From Deltaproteobacteria bacterium (lineage in GTDB: Bacteria; Bacillota; Clostridia; Acetivibrionales; UBA4821): a DNA stretch of 64,000 nt. Both the position numbers and the translations under genes were made by a program. The notes below the pieces were generated by a model. It searched no databases. It saw nothing but the letters and a program-made list of their open reading frames with translations, and was not told the DNA's origin. The stretch is taken from the NCBI GenBank assembly GCA_050258375.1, contig JBLMYQ010000029.1, positions 1,569 to 65,568 on the forward strand. The letters run 5' to 3'. This document shows positions 22,709-30,676 of the stretch, one piece after another. Position 1 is the first letter of the stretch; each line of letters starts with the position of its first letter.

Positions 22709-23331
22709 TATACGTACACCTCCTCTATCTTAGCAACTGCATCCTTTGTCACAATGAATTTATCATACTTTAAAATGTCATATACGTTAAGTGTATTTAC
22801 AAGAAGTGTCTTTACTCCGGCTATATTTCTAGCTGATTTCTGAATTTCAACATTCTTTTCCGGAAGAACAAGTAAAGCTTTTGTTTGAACATCCATCTTT
22901 TTAAAGATTTCAGCCATTCTTCTTGTCTTTATTTCATCAAATTTTAATTCCTCAATCACCATGATATTATTTTCATTAACCTTTGCGCTAAGAGCTGATT
23001 TCATAGCAATTCTCTTAACCTTTTTAGGTACTGAATATTTGAAGCTTCTTGGTTTTGGTCCCAGAGCGATACCACCCTTTATCCACTGTGGTGCTCTGAT
23101 ACTTCCCTGACGCGCTCTACCTGTACCTTTTTGTCTCCAGGGTTTAATACCTCCACCTCTTACTTCTCCTCTTGTCTTGGTTGACTGAGTGCCCTGCCTG
23201 CGGTTAGCAAGCTGGTTAACAACAACTTCATGGAGTACAGCTTCATTTACTTCTACTCCGAATATGCTGTCACTTAATTGAAAACTACCAATCTGTTCGC
23301 CTTGCGAATTATATAAAGCAACTTTAGGCAC
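22708..23331 (-). CDS. rplD: 50S ribosomal protein L4
   Basis: [15 protein letters not shown]. Confidence 0.99.
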   Translation of the reverse strand: MPKVALYNSQGEQIGSFQLSDSIFGVEVNEAVLHEVVVNQLANRRQGTQSTKTRGEVRGGGIKPWRQKGTGRARQGSIRAPQWIKGGIALGPKPRSFKYSVPKKVKRIAMKSALSAKVNENNIMVIEELKFDEIKTRRMAEIFKKMDVQTKALLVLPEKNVEIQKSARNIAGVKTLLVNTLNVYDILKYDKFIVTKDAVAKIEEVYV

Positions 23332-23384
23332 TGTAATCCTCCTTTCTAATCTAACACATTAAATCTTTATTTAAGCTAATAGCT

Positions 23385-24008
23385 TTATTTAACTGTTTCT
23401 TTTATAAATACCAAGCTTCCTTTTTGTCCCGGAATAGCTCCCTTTATTAAAAGTATATTCTTCTCTGCATCTACTCCAGCCACTTCAAGGTTTTGAATTG
23501 TAACTTTTACGTTACCCATATGTCCAGGAAGTTTCTTTCCTTTGAATACTCTACCCGGAGACGTTGTCGGTCCCATTGAACCCGGTCTTCTATGATACAT
23601 TGAACCGTGTGTCATTGGACCTCTATGAGCTCCATGCCTTTTAATAACACCCTGGAATCCTTTACCCTTGGATGTTCCGCTTACATCAACCTTATCTCCA
23701 ACGTTGAATACATCAGCTTTTATTTCTTGCCCAACGGTATACTCTTCCGCATTATCAACTCTTATTTCCCTTAAGTATTTTCTCAAGGATACCTTTGCTT
23801 TTGAAAAATGTCCTTTTATGGGTTTAACAACATTTTTCTCTTTAACTTCGCCGAATCCAATCTGTATCGCGTTGTATCCGTCAGTCTTTTCATTTTTCTT
23901 TTGTACAACAACACATGGACCTGCCTCTATAGCAGTAACCGGTATAACGTTTCCATTTTCATTAAAAATTTGTGTCATACCTATTTTCTTTCCGTAAATT
24001 CCTTTCAT
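23385..24008 (-). CDS. rplC: 50S ribosomal protein L3
   Basis: [20 protein letters not shown]. Confidence 0.99.
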   Translation of the reverse strand: MKGIYGKKIGMTQIFNENGNVIPVTAIEAGPCVVVQKKNEKTDGYNAIQIGFGEVKEKNVVKPIKGHFSKAKVSLRKYLREIRVDNAEEYTVGQEIKADVFNVGDKVDVSGTSKGKGFQGVIKRHGAHRGPMTHGSMYHRRPGSMGPTTSPGRVFKGKKLPGHMGNVKVTIQNLEVAGVDAEKNILLIKGAIPGQKGSLVFIKETVK

Positions 24009-24061
24009 TACTTTTACCTCCTCCGGTTATTGGTTCGCGTTTTAGGTTTGCGAACATGACC

Positions 24062-24373
24062 TTACAGCTTAATCTCGATATCAACTCCAGCAGGCAAATC
24101 TAACTTCATAAGAGCATCTACAGTTTTTGGTGTAGGCAGAAGTATATCAATAAGCCTCTTATGTGTTCTCATCTCAAACTGTTCTCTTGAATCCTTGTAC
24201 TTATGCGGAGCCCTAAGTACTGTAACTATGTCCTTCTCTGTAGGTAATGGTATAGGTCCTGAAACCTTCGCTCCGGTTCTCTTTGCAGTTTCCACAATCT
24301 TTTCAGCGGACTGGTCGAGAATTTGATGATCAAATGCCTTTAGTCTGATTCTGATCTTTTCTTTGTTGGTCAC
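24062..24373 (-). CDS. rpsJ: 30S ribosomal protein S10
   Basis: [24 protein letters not shown]. Confidence 0.99.
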   Translation of the reverse strand: MTNKEKIRIRLKAFDHQILDQSAEKIVETAKRTGAKVSGPIPLPTEKDIVTVLRAPHKYKDSREQFEMRTHKRLIDILLPTPKTVDALMKLDLPAGVDIEIKL

Positions 24374-24614
24374 TTTATCTCCTCCTTCAATGTTCGAAAC
24401 GTGCTATGCATCGCAATGCTGTGTTGTGCTCGCATCTGACGCTTCTATATATTTGGTTTTTTAGGTGAGACAAGTATTTTTTATTCCACGAGGCCTGGTG
24501 TATCATTCTCTTTTATAATTAAACCCAGGTAACATTACACGGTCAAACCGCTTAATGCGTAAACCTGGGCTGTTTCTCAGGAAAAATGACTTCTCCACAT
24601 TTCAAGCCATAGCG

Positions 24615-24710
24615 TGTAAGCTACTTGTCGCCCGGTTTATAATCGGACATACTCCGCAAGAATTCCCTAATTCCAAGATTAGCCACCTCTTGCATCATCG
24701 CAATATGTCA
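24615..24710 (-). ncRNA. Candidate S10-operon ribosomal leader RNA
   Basis: GC-rich block gcgatgatgcaagaggtggc...gaattcttgcggagtatgtccg...cgggcgac just after the promoter. gcaaga/tcttgc and tgtccg/cgggcg can pair. Confidence 0.6.
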
Positions 24711-24720
24711 CAGCCGTTTA

Positions 24721-24749
24721 ATTTTACTATAGCTTTCTATATTTTTCAA
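24721..24749 (-). promoter_or_regulatory. SigA promoter of the S10 operon
   Basis: TTGAAA-N17-TAAAAT on the minus strand. Confidence 0.7.
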
Positions 24750-24849
24750 GTAAAAATTCATAATAATTAAAAAATTTTTTTAAGTTTAATTTTAAAAATC
24801 CAAACTACAGCAAAAGCGTTCATAAATAAGATGAATAAAGCCAAAACAA

Positions 24850-24879
24850 TAGCAGCCATTCGCATTAGGAAGGCTGCTA
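24850..24879 (-). terminator. Putative terminator after the lipoprotein gene
   Basis: tagcagcc...ggctgcta hairpin. Confidence 0.5.
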
Positions 24880-24900
24880 CTATCTCAAAGCTTTAATCTT

Positions 24901-26448
24901 TTATTTTGATTTGATATATACTGTTTTGGTAGCTACATCATATCTTACCGAACCACCAAGGCTCTCAGTTACAAACCTTAGCGGAACAAATACCTTATTA
25001 TCAATTACAGTTGCTGGAACAGCTAATTTTTTAGTTTTACCATTAACAGTTGCAGAGCTGCTTTTTACCTTTATTAAAATTTTCGTATTCCCCTTCGCCG
25101 CAAGAACTGTTTGCTTCTTGGAATTCCATTGTATCTTTGCTCCCATGGCTGAGAAGGTTTCCCTCATTGGAACCATTACAGTGCCCTTAACAACTCTTGG
25201 GGAAGTGCTAAAATATACGTATCTATCATTCAGCATAACATCTATTGCTTTATTTTTATAGTACTGTTCTTTAAATGCTTTTGCTTGCTTTGCGTTTTCC
25301 TCTTCAATATACTTCATCATATCAACATAATCAAAAGAGTTATCACTTGTCAGTGTAGGGAATAAAACCTCCACATCTTTATTTATATTGCTTATATCCG
25401 AATTGATATCAAGAGTAATTTTTATTATTCCCTGATTACTTGCATCAGTACTACCCGGATTGCTAATGGCATCAAGCTTGGCAATATCAAATACAAGGTC
25501 AATGGTTCCTTGTGCTTTTACTACATATCCATTATCAAGTGTATAAGTAATAACTATACCCTTATCTCCTACAATCTTCACATTCTTTAATAAGTCCATG
25601 CCAGTATTGAAGCTCTTTTTAAACTCAGACATTCCGCTGTCGAATCCAGCAAGAATAGTATTAGCATCAAATTCACCTTTATCCTTCATACTACTTGCTA
25701 TTAAATTGAAGTATTCTTTCACAATCTCTTTAATTATGGCTTTATTTTCATCAGCATTATTAACCAAGTATCTGAGGAAAGCTTTAAAGGTTGCATCATC
25801 AAATCTTACTTCATACTGGTTGCTTCCTTTTTTAGTTACAATATTAAGCCCTGAATTAAATTGCTTTCCATATGTATCAAGAAAACTTACCAGCTTGGTG
25901 TTTACAAAATCATTTGCCGACGCAGATACCTTCGCTAAGCCCTTAAAATCTACTCCCGATTCGGAAATTTCCTTACTCATTTTTGAGAAGTCCATAACCA
26001 TATACTCTTTACCTGCAAATTGCTGTGGAAAAGACGCCGTAAAAATTGCAGGAAGCTTCATTATTTCTTTGATCTTTGGAGTTTCGGTTGAAAGATCAGC
26101 ATCAACCCATAATCCGAACTTGGTTCCGATTCCACCAACTTCTACTTCTCCTTGGTATTCTGCCTTTGCTATTTTATTATCTTCACTCTGTTTTGATTTC
26201 GCATTAATACTTAGCTTCATGTTATTCAATATTTGTGTTACAGAAGATACTGATGCTTTTTGTTCCTCAGGAATTCCTTCTGTGCTGAAATGCATCGTAA
26301 TGTCACTTTTAGCTTCCATAGACTTAATTTGGTATGATTTTATAAAAGAATTATAGACCTGTGCTTCATTAGCTGAACAGCCTATTAGCAGTATTGTAGA
26401 TAATGCTAGAATAGAAACTAAAGAACCTAATTTCACAAACAATTTCAT
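24901..26448 (-). CDS. Lipoprotein with C-terminal copper-amine-oxidase-N-like domain
   Basis: Lipobox LIGC. C-terminal GTVMVPMR..F..MGAKIQW...VFVPLRFVTESLG. Confidence 0.8.
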   Translation of the reverse strand: MKLFVKLGSLVSILALSTILLIGCSANEAQVYNSFIKSYQIKSMEAKSDITMHFSTEGIPEEQKASVSSVTQILNNMKLSINAKSKQSEDNKIAKAEYQGEVEVGGIGTKFGLWVDADLSTETPKIKEIMKLPAIFTASFPQQFAGKEYMVMDFSKMSKEISESGVDFKGLAKVSASANDFVNTKLVSFLDTYGKQFNSGLNIVTKKGSNQYEVRFDDATFKAFLRYLVNNADENKAIIKEIVKEYFNLIASSMKDKGEFDANTILAGFDSGMSEFKKSFNTGMDLLKNVKIVGDKGIVITYTLDNGYVVKAQGTIDLVFDIAKLDAISNPGSTDASNQGIIKITLDINSDISNINKDVEVLFPTLTSDNSFDYVDMMKYIEEENAKQAKAFKEQYYKNKAIDVMLNDRYVYFSTSPRVVKGTVMVPMRETFSAMGAKIQWNSKKQTVLAAKGNTKILIKVKSSSATVNGKTKKLAVPATVIDNKVFVPLRFVTESLGGSVRYDVATKTVYIKSK

Positions 26449-26588
26449 TTTATTTCCCCCTATCATAATTATGTAAAAGTCACATATATAATTATATCAT
26501 TTTGGTAAATCTTAGTCAAATATAGGCTTGCTTATATTTAGGCAGCACTTTCTAATATTTATATTCGCCCATATATTGTAATTTGACA

Positions 26589-26624
26589 CAAAAAAAGAAC
26601 CTTACTCACCGGGAGTAAGGCTTT
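26589..26624 (-). terminator. Terminator of the peptidase transcript
   Basis: ccttactc/gagtaagg stem followed by a U-run on the minus strand. Confidence 0.75.
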
Positions 26625-26665
26625 CAAAAGGAGGTGTATAGGAATGTTTAAGCATTTCACTTAAG

Positions 26666-27406
26666 TTACTTGATTTGCGATATCAATGAAAGGAAGAATT
26701 CCTTCAATTGTGCTGTCTGATTTACATCTTCTAAACTGCTATTAAGATGGGGCGCTTTCCTTGCAACTTCTCCACCGAATAACAATCTGAAATCTTCTGC
26801 GAATATCTCTTGTGGTCTGTTTACATAAGTTTTGGAGCTGTCATTATAAATAGCAGAATCTTCGATTCCTCTTATTTTCCTGTATTCCTGCCTTTTTTTC
26901 TCATCCATCAACTGAAAATCAACCTGATGTCCCAACTCATGAACTGCTAATCTATGTATTTCTTCTTTGCCAAGTTTTACGCTTGTCCCAAAAACTACTA
27001 TGCTATTATCTTTAAAGCTTAGTGCCATTGCATTTGAATAGTCTTTTAATTTATAATCCAAAAAATATACATTTGCTGTGACTGCACTATATATATTGCC
27101 ATAAACGCTTTGGTTTACTGAATTATCTTTTGCTCCATAATTGATTTCGCTAAGAGCCAGAGCATATTCTTTCATATCAACAGTACTTAATTTTCTTAGT
27201 CCGATTTGCTTGCTTTGATTAATTTCAAATTTCATTCCATACCAATCCTGCTTAAGCATTAATGCGCCGACGTTATTCTTAACTATAGAGTCCATGCTCT
27301 CTTGTGTCTTAAACAGCTTTATCTTTTTTTCTGCAAAAGAAGCAGGAGAGAAAACAGCTGATATTAATATTAGCACTAGCATTAACAAGCTCAATGTTCT
27401 TTTCAT
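26666..27406 (-). CDS. Secreted HExxH zinc metallopeptidase (PPEP/anthrax-LF-like)
   Basis: Signal peptide ending ASFA. HELGHQVD plus downstream PQEIFAEDF third-ligand motif. Confidence 0.7.
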   Translation of the reverse strand: MKRTLSLLMLVLILISAVFSPASFAEKKIKLFKTQESMDSIVKNNVGALMLKQDWYGMKFEINQSKQIGLRKLSTVDMKEYALALSEINYGAKDNSVNQSVYGNIYSAVTANVYFLDYKLKDYSNAMALSFKDNSIVVFGTSVKLGKEEIHRLAVHELGHQVDFQLMDEKKRQEYRKIRGIEDSAIYNDSSKTYVNRPQEIFAEDFRLLFGGEVARKAPHLNSSLEDVNQTAQLKEFFLSLISQIK

Positions 27407-27420
27407 GACCTACACCCCCA

Positions 27421-27484
27421 AAAATAAAAACCTGACAATTTTATCTCTCTAGTGCCAATTCCTGCACCTCGATAAATCGTCAGG
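27421..27484 (-). terminator. Expression-platform terminator of the proximal riboswitch
   Basis: cctgacgatttatc...gataaaattgtcagg followed by tttttatttt. Confidence 0.75.
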
Positions 27485-27491
27485 CGGGAAT

Positions 27492-27575
27492 CTGGCAGCC
27501 CGACCATCATGACCTTTCGGTTTTAGATTCGTTGGCTTTGCGTCTCCGGTTTTCGCGCGGTTTTGCCTTTTTCAA
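27492..27575 (-). ncRNA. c-di-GMP-I (GEMM) riboswitch, proximal
   Basis: aaaaGGCAAAaccgcgcGAAAaccggaGACGCAAAGCCaacgaaTCTAAaaccgaaaggtcATGatggtcGGGCTGCC. Confidence 0.92.
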
Positions 27576-27609
27576 ATTTCCTATTCATTTTTGAAAGTTC
27601 ATTCACTGC

Positions 27610-27654
27610 AAATAAAAAGCTCTTATTGCCTGGATTACCAAGAAATAAGAGCTA
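27610..27654 (-). terminator. Expression-platform terminator of the distal riboswitch
   Basis: agctcttatt...aataagagct followed by ttttattt. Loop ttggtaatcc is complementary to the aptamer 3' end gggttaccaa. Confidence 0.8.
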
Positions 27655-27670
27655 AAACTCTTTTCTGTTA

Positions 27671-27752
27671 TTGGTAACCCGACCATCTAACCTTTCGGTT
27701 TCAGATTCGTTGGCTTTGCGTCTCCAGCTTTCACCGGATTTGCCTTTTTCAA
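27671..27752 (-). ncRNA. c-di-GMP-I (GEMM) riboswitch, distal
   Basis: aaaaGGCAAAtccggtGAAAgctggaGACGCAAAGCCaacgaatctgaaaccgaaaggttagatggtcGGGTTACC. Confidence 0.92.
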
Positions 27753-27778
27753 TGGTTATTTTGTTTTCTTACAATATT

Positions 27779-27807
27779 ATTTTATAACAGATTTACATAA
27801 AATGCAA
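27779..27807 (-). promoter_or_regulatory. SigA promoter upstream of the tandem riboswitches
   Basis: TTGCAT-N17-TAAAAT. Confidence 0.65.
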
Positions 27808-27836
27808 TAATTAAACCATATTGCTTTTTATATTAT

Positions 27837-28190
27837 TTACGCCCTTAGTTTGTCATTGATTCCTTTTATCTGAACATCATGCATATCTGACAATTTTGCT
27901 ATATCATCAAACTTGGCTTCAAGCCTGTCCAATCTTTCATTGGTTGACTTATGTGCATCAAATAATATTCCAATCTTATCATGAAATTGATTTTCAAGTC
28001 TTAGAATCTGACTACCATTCTGCTTTATTTCTTTTTCAATATTATCAAATCTATTATCAATTACCTGAAATTTTTTATCTATACCATCGAACTTGCTATC
28101 TATTCCGTCAAATTTTTTGTCTATGCCATTAAGCCTGTCCGTAAATTCCACATACATTTTTTGAATCAGTTCATATGCTTTATCTTCCAC
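27837..28190 (-). CDS. Small coiled-coil protein with heptad (K/R)FDxID repeats
   Basis: RLNGIDK KFDGIDS KFDGIDK KFQVIDN RFDNIEK. GGGGAGG RBS, GTG start. Confidence 0.75.
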   Translation of the reverse strand: MEDKAYELIQKMYVEFTDRLNGIDKKFDGIDSKFDGIDKKFQVIDNRFDNIEKEIKQNGSQILRLENQFHDKIGILFDAHKSTNERLDRLEAKFDDIAKLSDMHDVQIKGINDKLRA

Positions 28191-28263
28191 ATTGCAGCCT
28201 CCCCTTTTTGAAACTAAAATAATTATATATCATTCTATCTTTTTGACAAGGACTATTTTTTGA

Positions 28264-29544
28264 TTATTCACAATCTTCATCAGCCTTTTCTTCTTCTGCC
28301 CTTGATACATCAGCACCAAGACTTTTTAACTTCTCATCAATATTTTCATAGCCCCTAAAAATATGCTCCGCATTGGTAACTTCAGTAGTTCCTTCTGCTG
28401 AAAGACCCGCAAGAACCAACGCTGCCCCTGCCCTCAAATCATTTGCCTTAACCCTTGCACCATTAAGCATACTTTTCCCTTCTATAACCGCTGTTCGCCC
28501 ATCAATCTTTATATTTGCTCCCATTCTGTTCAATTCAGAAACATGCATGAATCTATTTTCGAAAATTGTTTCAACTATTACACTTGTTCCTTCGGAAAGA
28601 CTCATTAATGATGCAACCGGAGACTGCATATCCGTAGGAAATCCTGGATATGGAAGAGTCTTAATATCAACAGCTTTCATTTTATTATCAGCTTTAACCC
28701 TTATTGATGTTAATTCTTCTGATATTTCGACACCGCACTCCTTGAGCTTAGCTGAAACAGGCTTTAAATGGTCCGGTATTACATTTTCAATAATAACATC
28801 TCCTTGTGTTATTGCCGCAGCTACCATAAAGGTTCCTGCCTCAATTCTATCCGGTATAACAAGATGACTTGTAGCTTTAAGCTCTTTCACTCCTGTAATT
28901 TTTACTGTATCTGTTCCTGCTCCTTTTATATCTGCCCCTGCCATAATCAAAAAGTTTGCCAAATCTACAACCTCAGGTTCTACAGATGCATTTTCGATTA
29001 TTGTACTTCCATCTGCCAGACAAGCAGCCATAAGAATATTTTCAGTAGCTCCTACACTGGGAAAATCAAGATAAATCTGCGCCCCTTTAAGCTTCTTGGC
29101 GTAAGCATGAATATATCCAGCATTATTGTTAATTTCTGCACCCATAGCTGCAAAACCTTTCAGATGCAAATCAACTGGTCTTGAACCTATTGCACAACCA
29201 CCCGGCATTGAAATTTTTGCCTCTCCAACCCTTGCAAGCAGTGGACCCATAACCAGAAATGAAGCCCTTAACTTACTGACAAGCTCATACGGTGCAACAA
29301 TCTCTTTTATTCCTTTTGTTGTTATATTCAGCTTATTACTTCCGTTTCTTTGAAGCTCTGCTCCAATAGACTCAACAAGACTGCACATTATTTCAACATC
29401 ATTTAAAAAAGGAACTTCTTCAATAATATTTTCGCCATCAGTAAGAAGCGTTGCAGCTATAATTGGGAGTACAGAATTTTTGGAACCACTTATTCTGACC
29501 TTTCCCTTCAAGGGACCACTTTGCTTAACAACAAGTTTTATCAC
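28264..29544 (-). CDS. murA: UDP-N-acetylglucosamine 1-carboxyvinyltransferase
   Basis: SGSKNS, PGGCAIGSRPVDLH, PYPGFPTDMQ, DLRAGAAL. GTG 29544 fits RBS spacing. Confidence 0.98.
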   Translation of the reverse strand: MIKLVVKQSGPLKGKVRISGSKNSVLPIIAATLLTDGENIIEEVPFLNDVEIMCSLVESIGAELQRNGSNKLNITTKGIKEIVAPYELVSKLRASFLVMGPLLARVGEAKISMPGGCAIGSRPVDLHLKGFAAMGAEINNNAGYIHAYAKKLKGAQIYLDFPSVGATENILMAACLADGSTIIENASVEPEVVDLANFLIMAGADIKGAGTDTVKITGVKELKATSHLVIPDRIEAGTFMVAAAITQGDVIIENVIPDHLKPVSAKLKECGVEISEELTSIRVKADNKMKAVDIKTLPYPGFPTDMQSPVASLMSLSEGTSVIVETIFENRFMHVSELNRMGANIKIDGRTAVIEGKSMLNGARVKANDLRAGAALVLAGLSAEGTTEVTNAEHIFRGYENIDEKLKSLGADVSRAEEEKADEDCE

Positions 29545-29632
29545 GGTCATTCTCCTTTATCGAACAATATGGAAGTTTTGATAATTGTATTTTGATAATA
29601 AAATTATTACCAACCCTGCCGTTATATATGCA

Positions 29633-29661
29633 AAAAAAGATGCTGAAACTCGCATCTTTTT
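29633..29661 (-). terminator. Terminator after the SLH gene cluster
   Basis: aaaaagatgc...gcatcttttt. Confidence 0.65.
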
Positions 29662-29681
29662 ATATTTCCTGTTGTCCAAAA

Positions 29682-29706
29682 GGACAAGCCAATGTCTCGT
29701 CCCTAC
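29682..29706 (-). repeat. GTAG-type REP-like palindrome
   Basis: Minus strand GTAG-GGACGAG-acattgg-CTTGTCC. Confidence 0.5.
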
Positions 29707-29736
29707 TAGGTTTTGTATTATTCCTTTAGCTATCAA

Positions 29737-30567
29737 CTAATTTGTAGTTATTGCCCTGCTTATTATCATTGCGCAGTTAGCTCTGTTTAATACTAAATCC
29801 TCCTTAAATCCTTTAAAAAGTGAATCTGTCTTATTAATTATCCCTGCTAAAAAAATCTTCCTCAATGAATCATATGCCCAATGCTTTTTATTAATAGCCG
29901 GCATTTCTTTCTGATTAGCTGTACTAAATACAAATACCCTTGTTATTATTTTTGCGGCTTCAGCAATAGTCACAGTTTTATCAGGTTTGAACGTGCCATC
30001 TACAAATCCGCTTACAATCTTCATATCACACGCAGTATTTATTGCATCTCTTGCCCAGTGCTTTTTTGTATCCTTAAATCCTTTTGATTTTGATTTTTTT
30101 TCAACTTTTAAAGAATTAAGGAGCATAGTTATAAACTCTGCCCTTGTTACGCTCTTATTCGGCTTGAATGTCCCATCAGTATATCCTTCAATTGCTCCCA
30201 TATCATGAAGATGTCTTATATATTCTTCAGCAGCAGTTCCTTTTATATCCTTAAAAACACCCTGTTCCGGATTATCAATATTTGTTAATATAATTCTGAC
30301 CGGTGGCAGCATTGTTCTTAAGTCAACATCTATACTGTTTAAACCGGTTATACCTTTACCCGTCTTAAAGAATATATTCAGTAGCTTGCCTTCTCTCTTT
30401 GAAACTGATGTAATTTCTATCCCCTGTCCTTCTGGCAGTTTGGCATTCAGCACAATATTAATGGTGTTTTCGCCTACCTGCCTGACTGAATAGGTTGTTC
30501 CAGAAGCATAGCAGCCGTAAGATAGAACAAAAAGCATTATAATTGCTAAAATAAAAGTTTTTTTCAT
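29737..30567 (-). CDS. Secreted S-layer homology (SLH) domain protein
   Basis: Signal peptide. FKDIK...GYTDGTFKPNKSVTRAEF and two further SLH-like repeats. Confidence 0.9.
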   Translation of the reverse strand: MKKTFILAIIMLFVLSYGCYASGTTYSVRQVGENTINIVLNAKLPEGQGIEITSVSKREGKLLNIFFKTGKGITGLNSIDVDLRTMLPPVRIILTNIDNPEQGVFKDIKGTAAEEYIRHLHDMGAIEGYTDGTFKPNKSVTRAEFITMLLNSLKVEKKSKSKGFKDTKKHWARDAINTACDMKIVSGFVDGTFKPDKTVTIAEAAKIITRVFVFSTANQKEMPAINKKHWAYDSLRKIFLAGIINKTDSLFKGFKEDLVLNRANCAMIISRAITTN

Positions 30568-30642
30568 AAGTTTATGTCCTTTCTATGATTCTTTTGCATT
30601 TTTCTAGTTTTAACTTTGATTTTTTTGTATTTTTGTGGTTTT

Positions 30643-30675
30643 AACTTTACACTTTACATTTTAAACTTTACACTA
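30643..30675. repeat. Heptamer-repeat arm immediately after the FN3 gene stop codon
   Basis: aacttta cacttta catttta aacttta cacta. Confidence 0.8.
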
Positions 30676-30676
30676 T

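Noticed and set aside
24025..24061. Additional heptamer element at rpsJ-rplC
   Set aside because: Only weak periodicity (ggttatt ggttcgc gttttag gtttgcg), too degenerate to count.
25598..26356. 252-aa plus-strand ORF and similar long antisense ORFs (18509-19114, 40519-41040, 61598-62308 and others)
   Set aside because: They are shadows of well-supported minus-strand genes, with no RBS and no recognisable motifs.
27492..27752. cGAMP-sensing (GEMM-Ib) variant riboswitches
   Set aside because: The discriminating position reads G in both aptamers, as in c-di-GMP binders.
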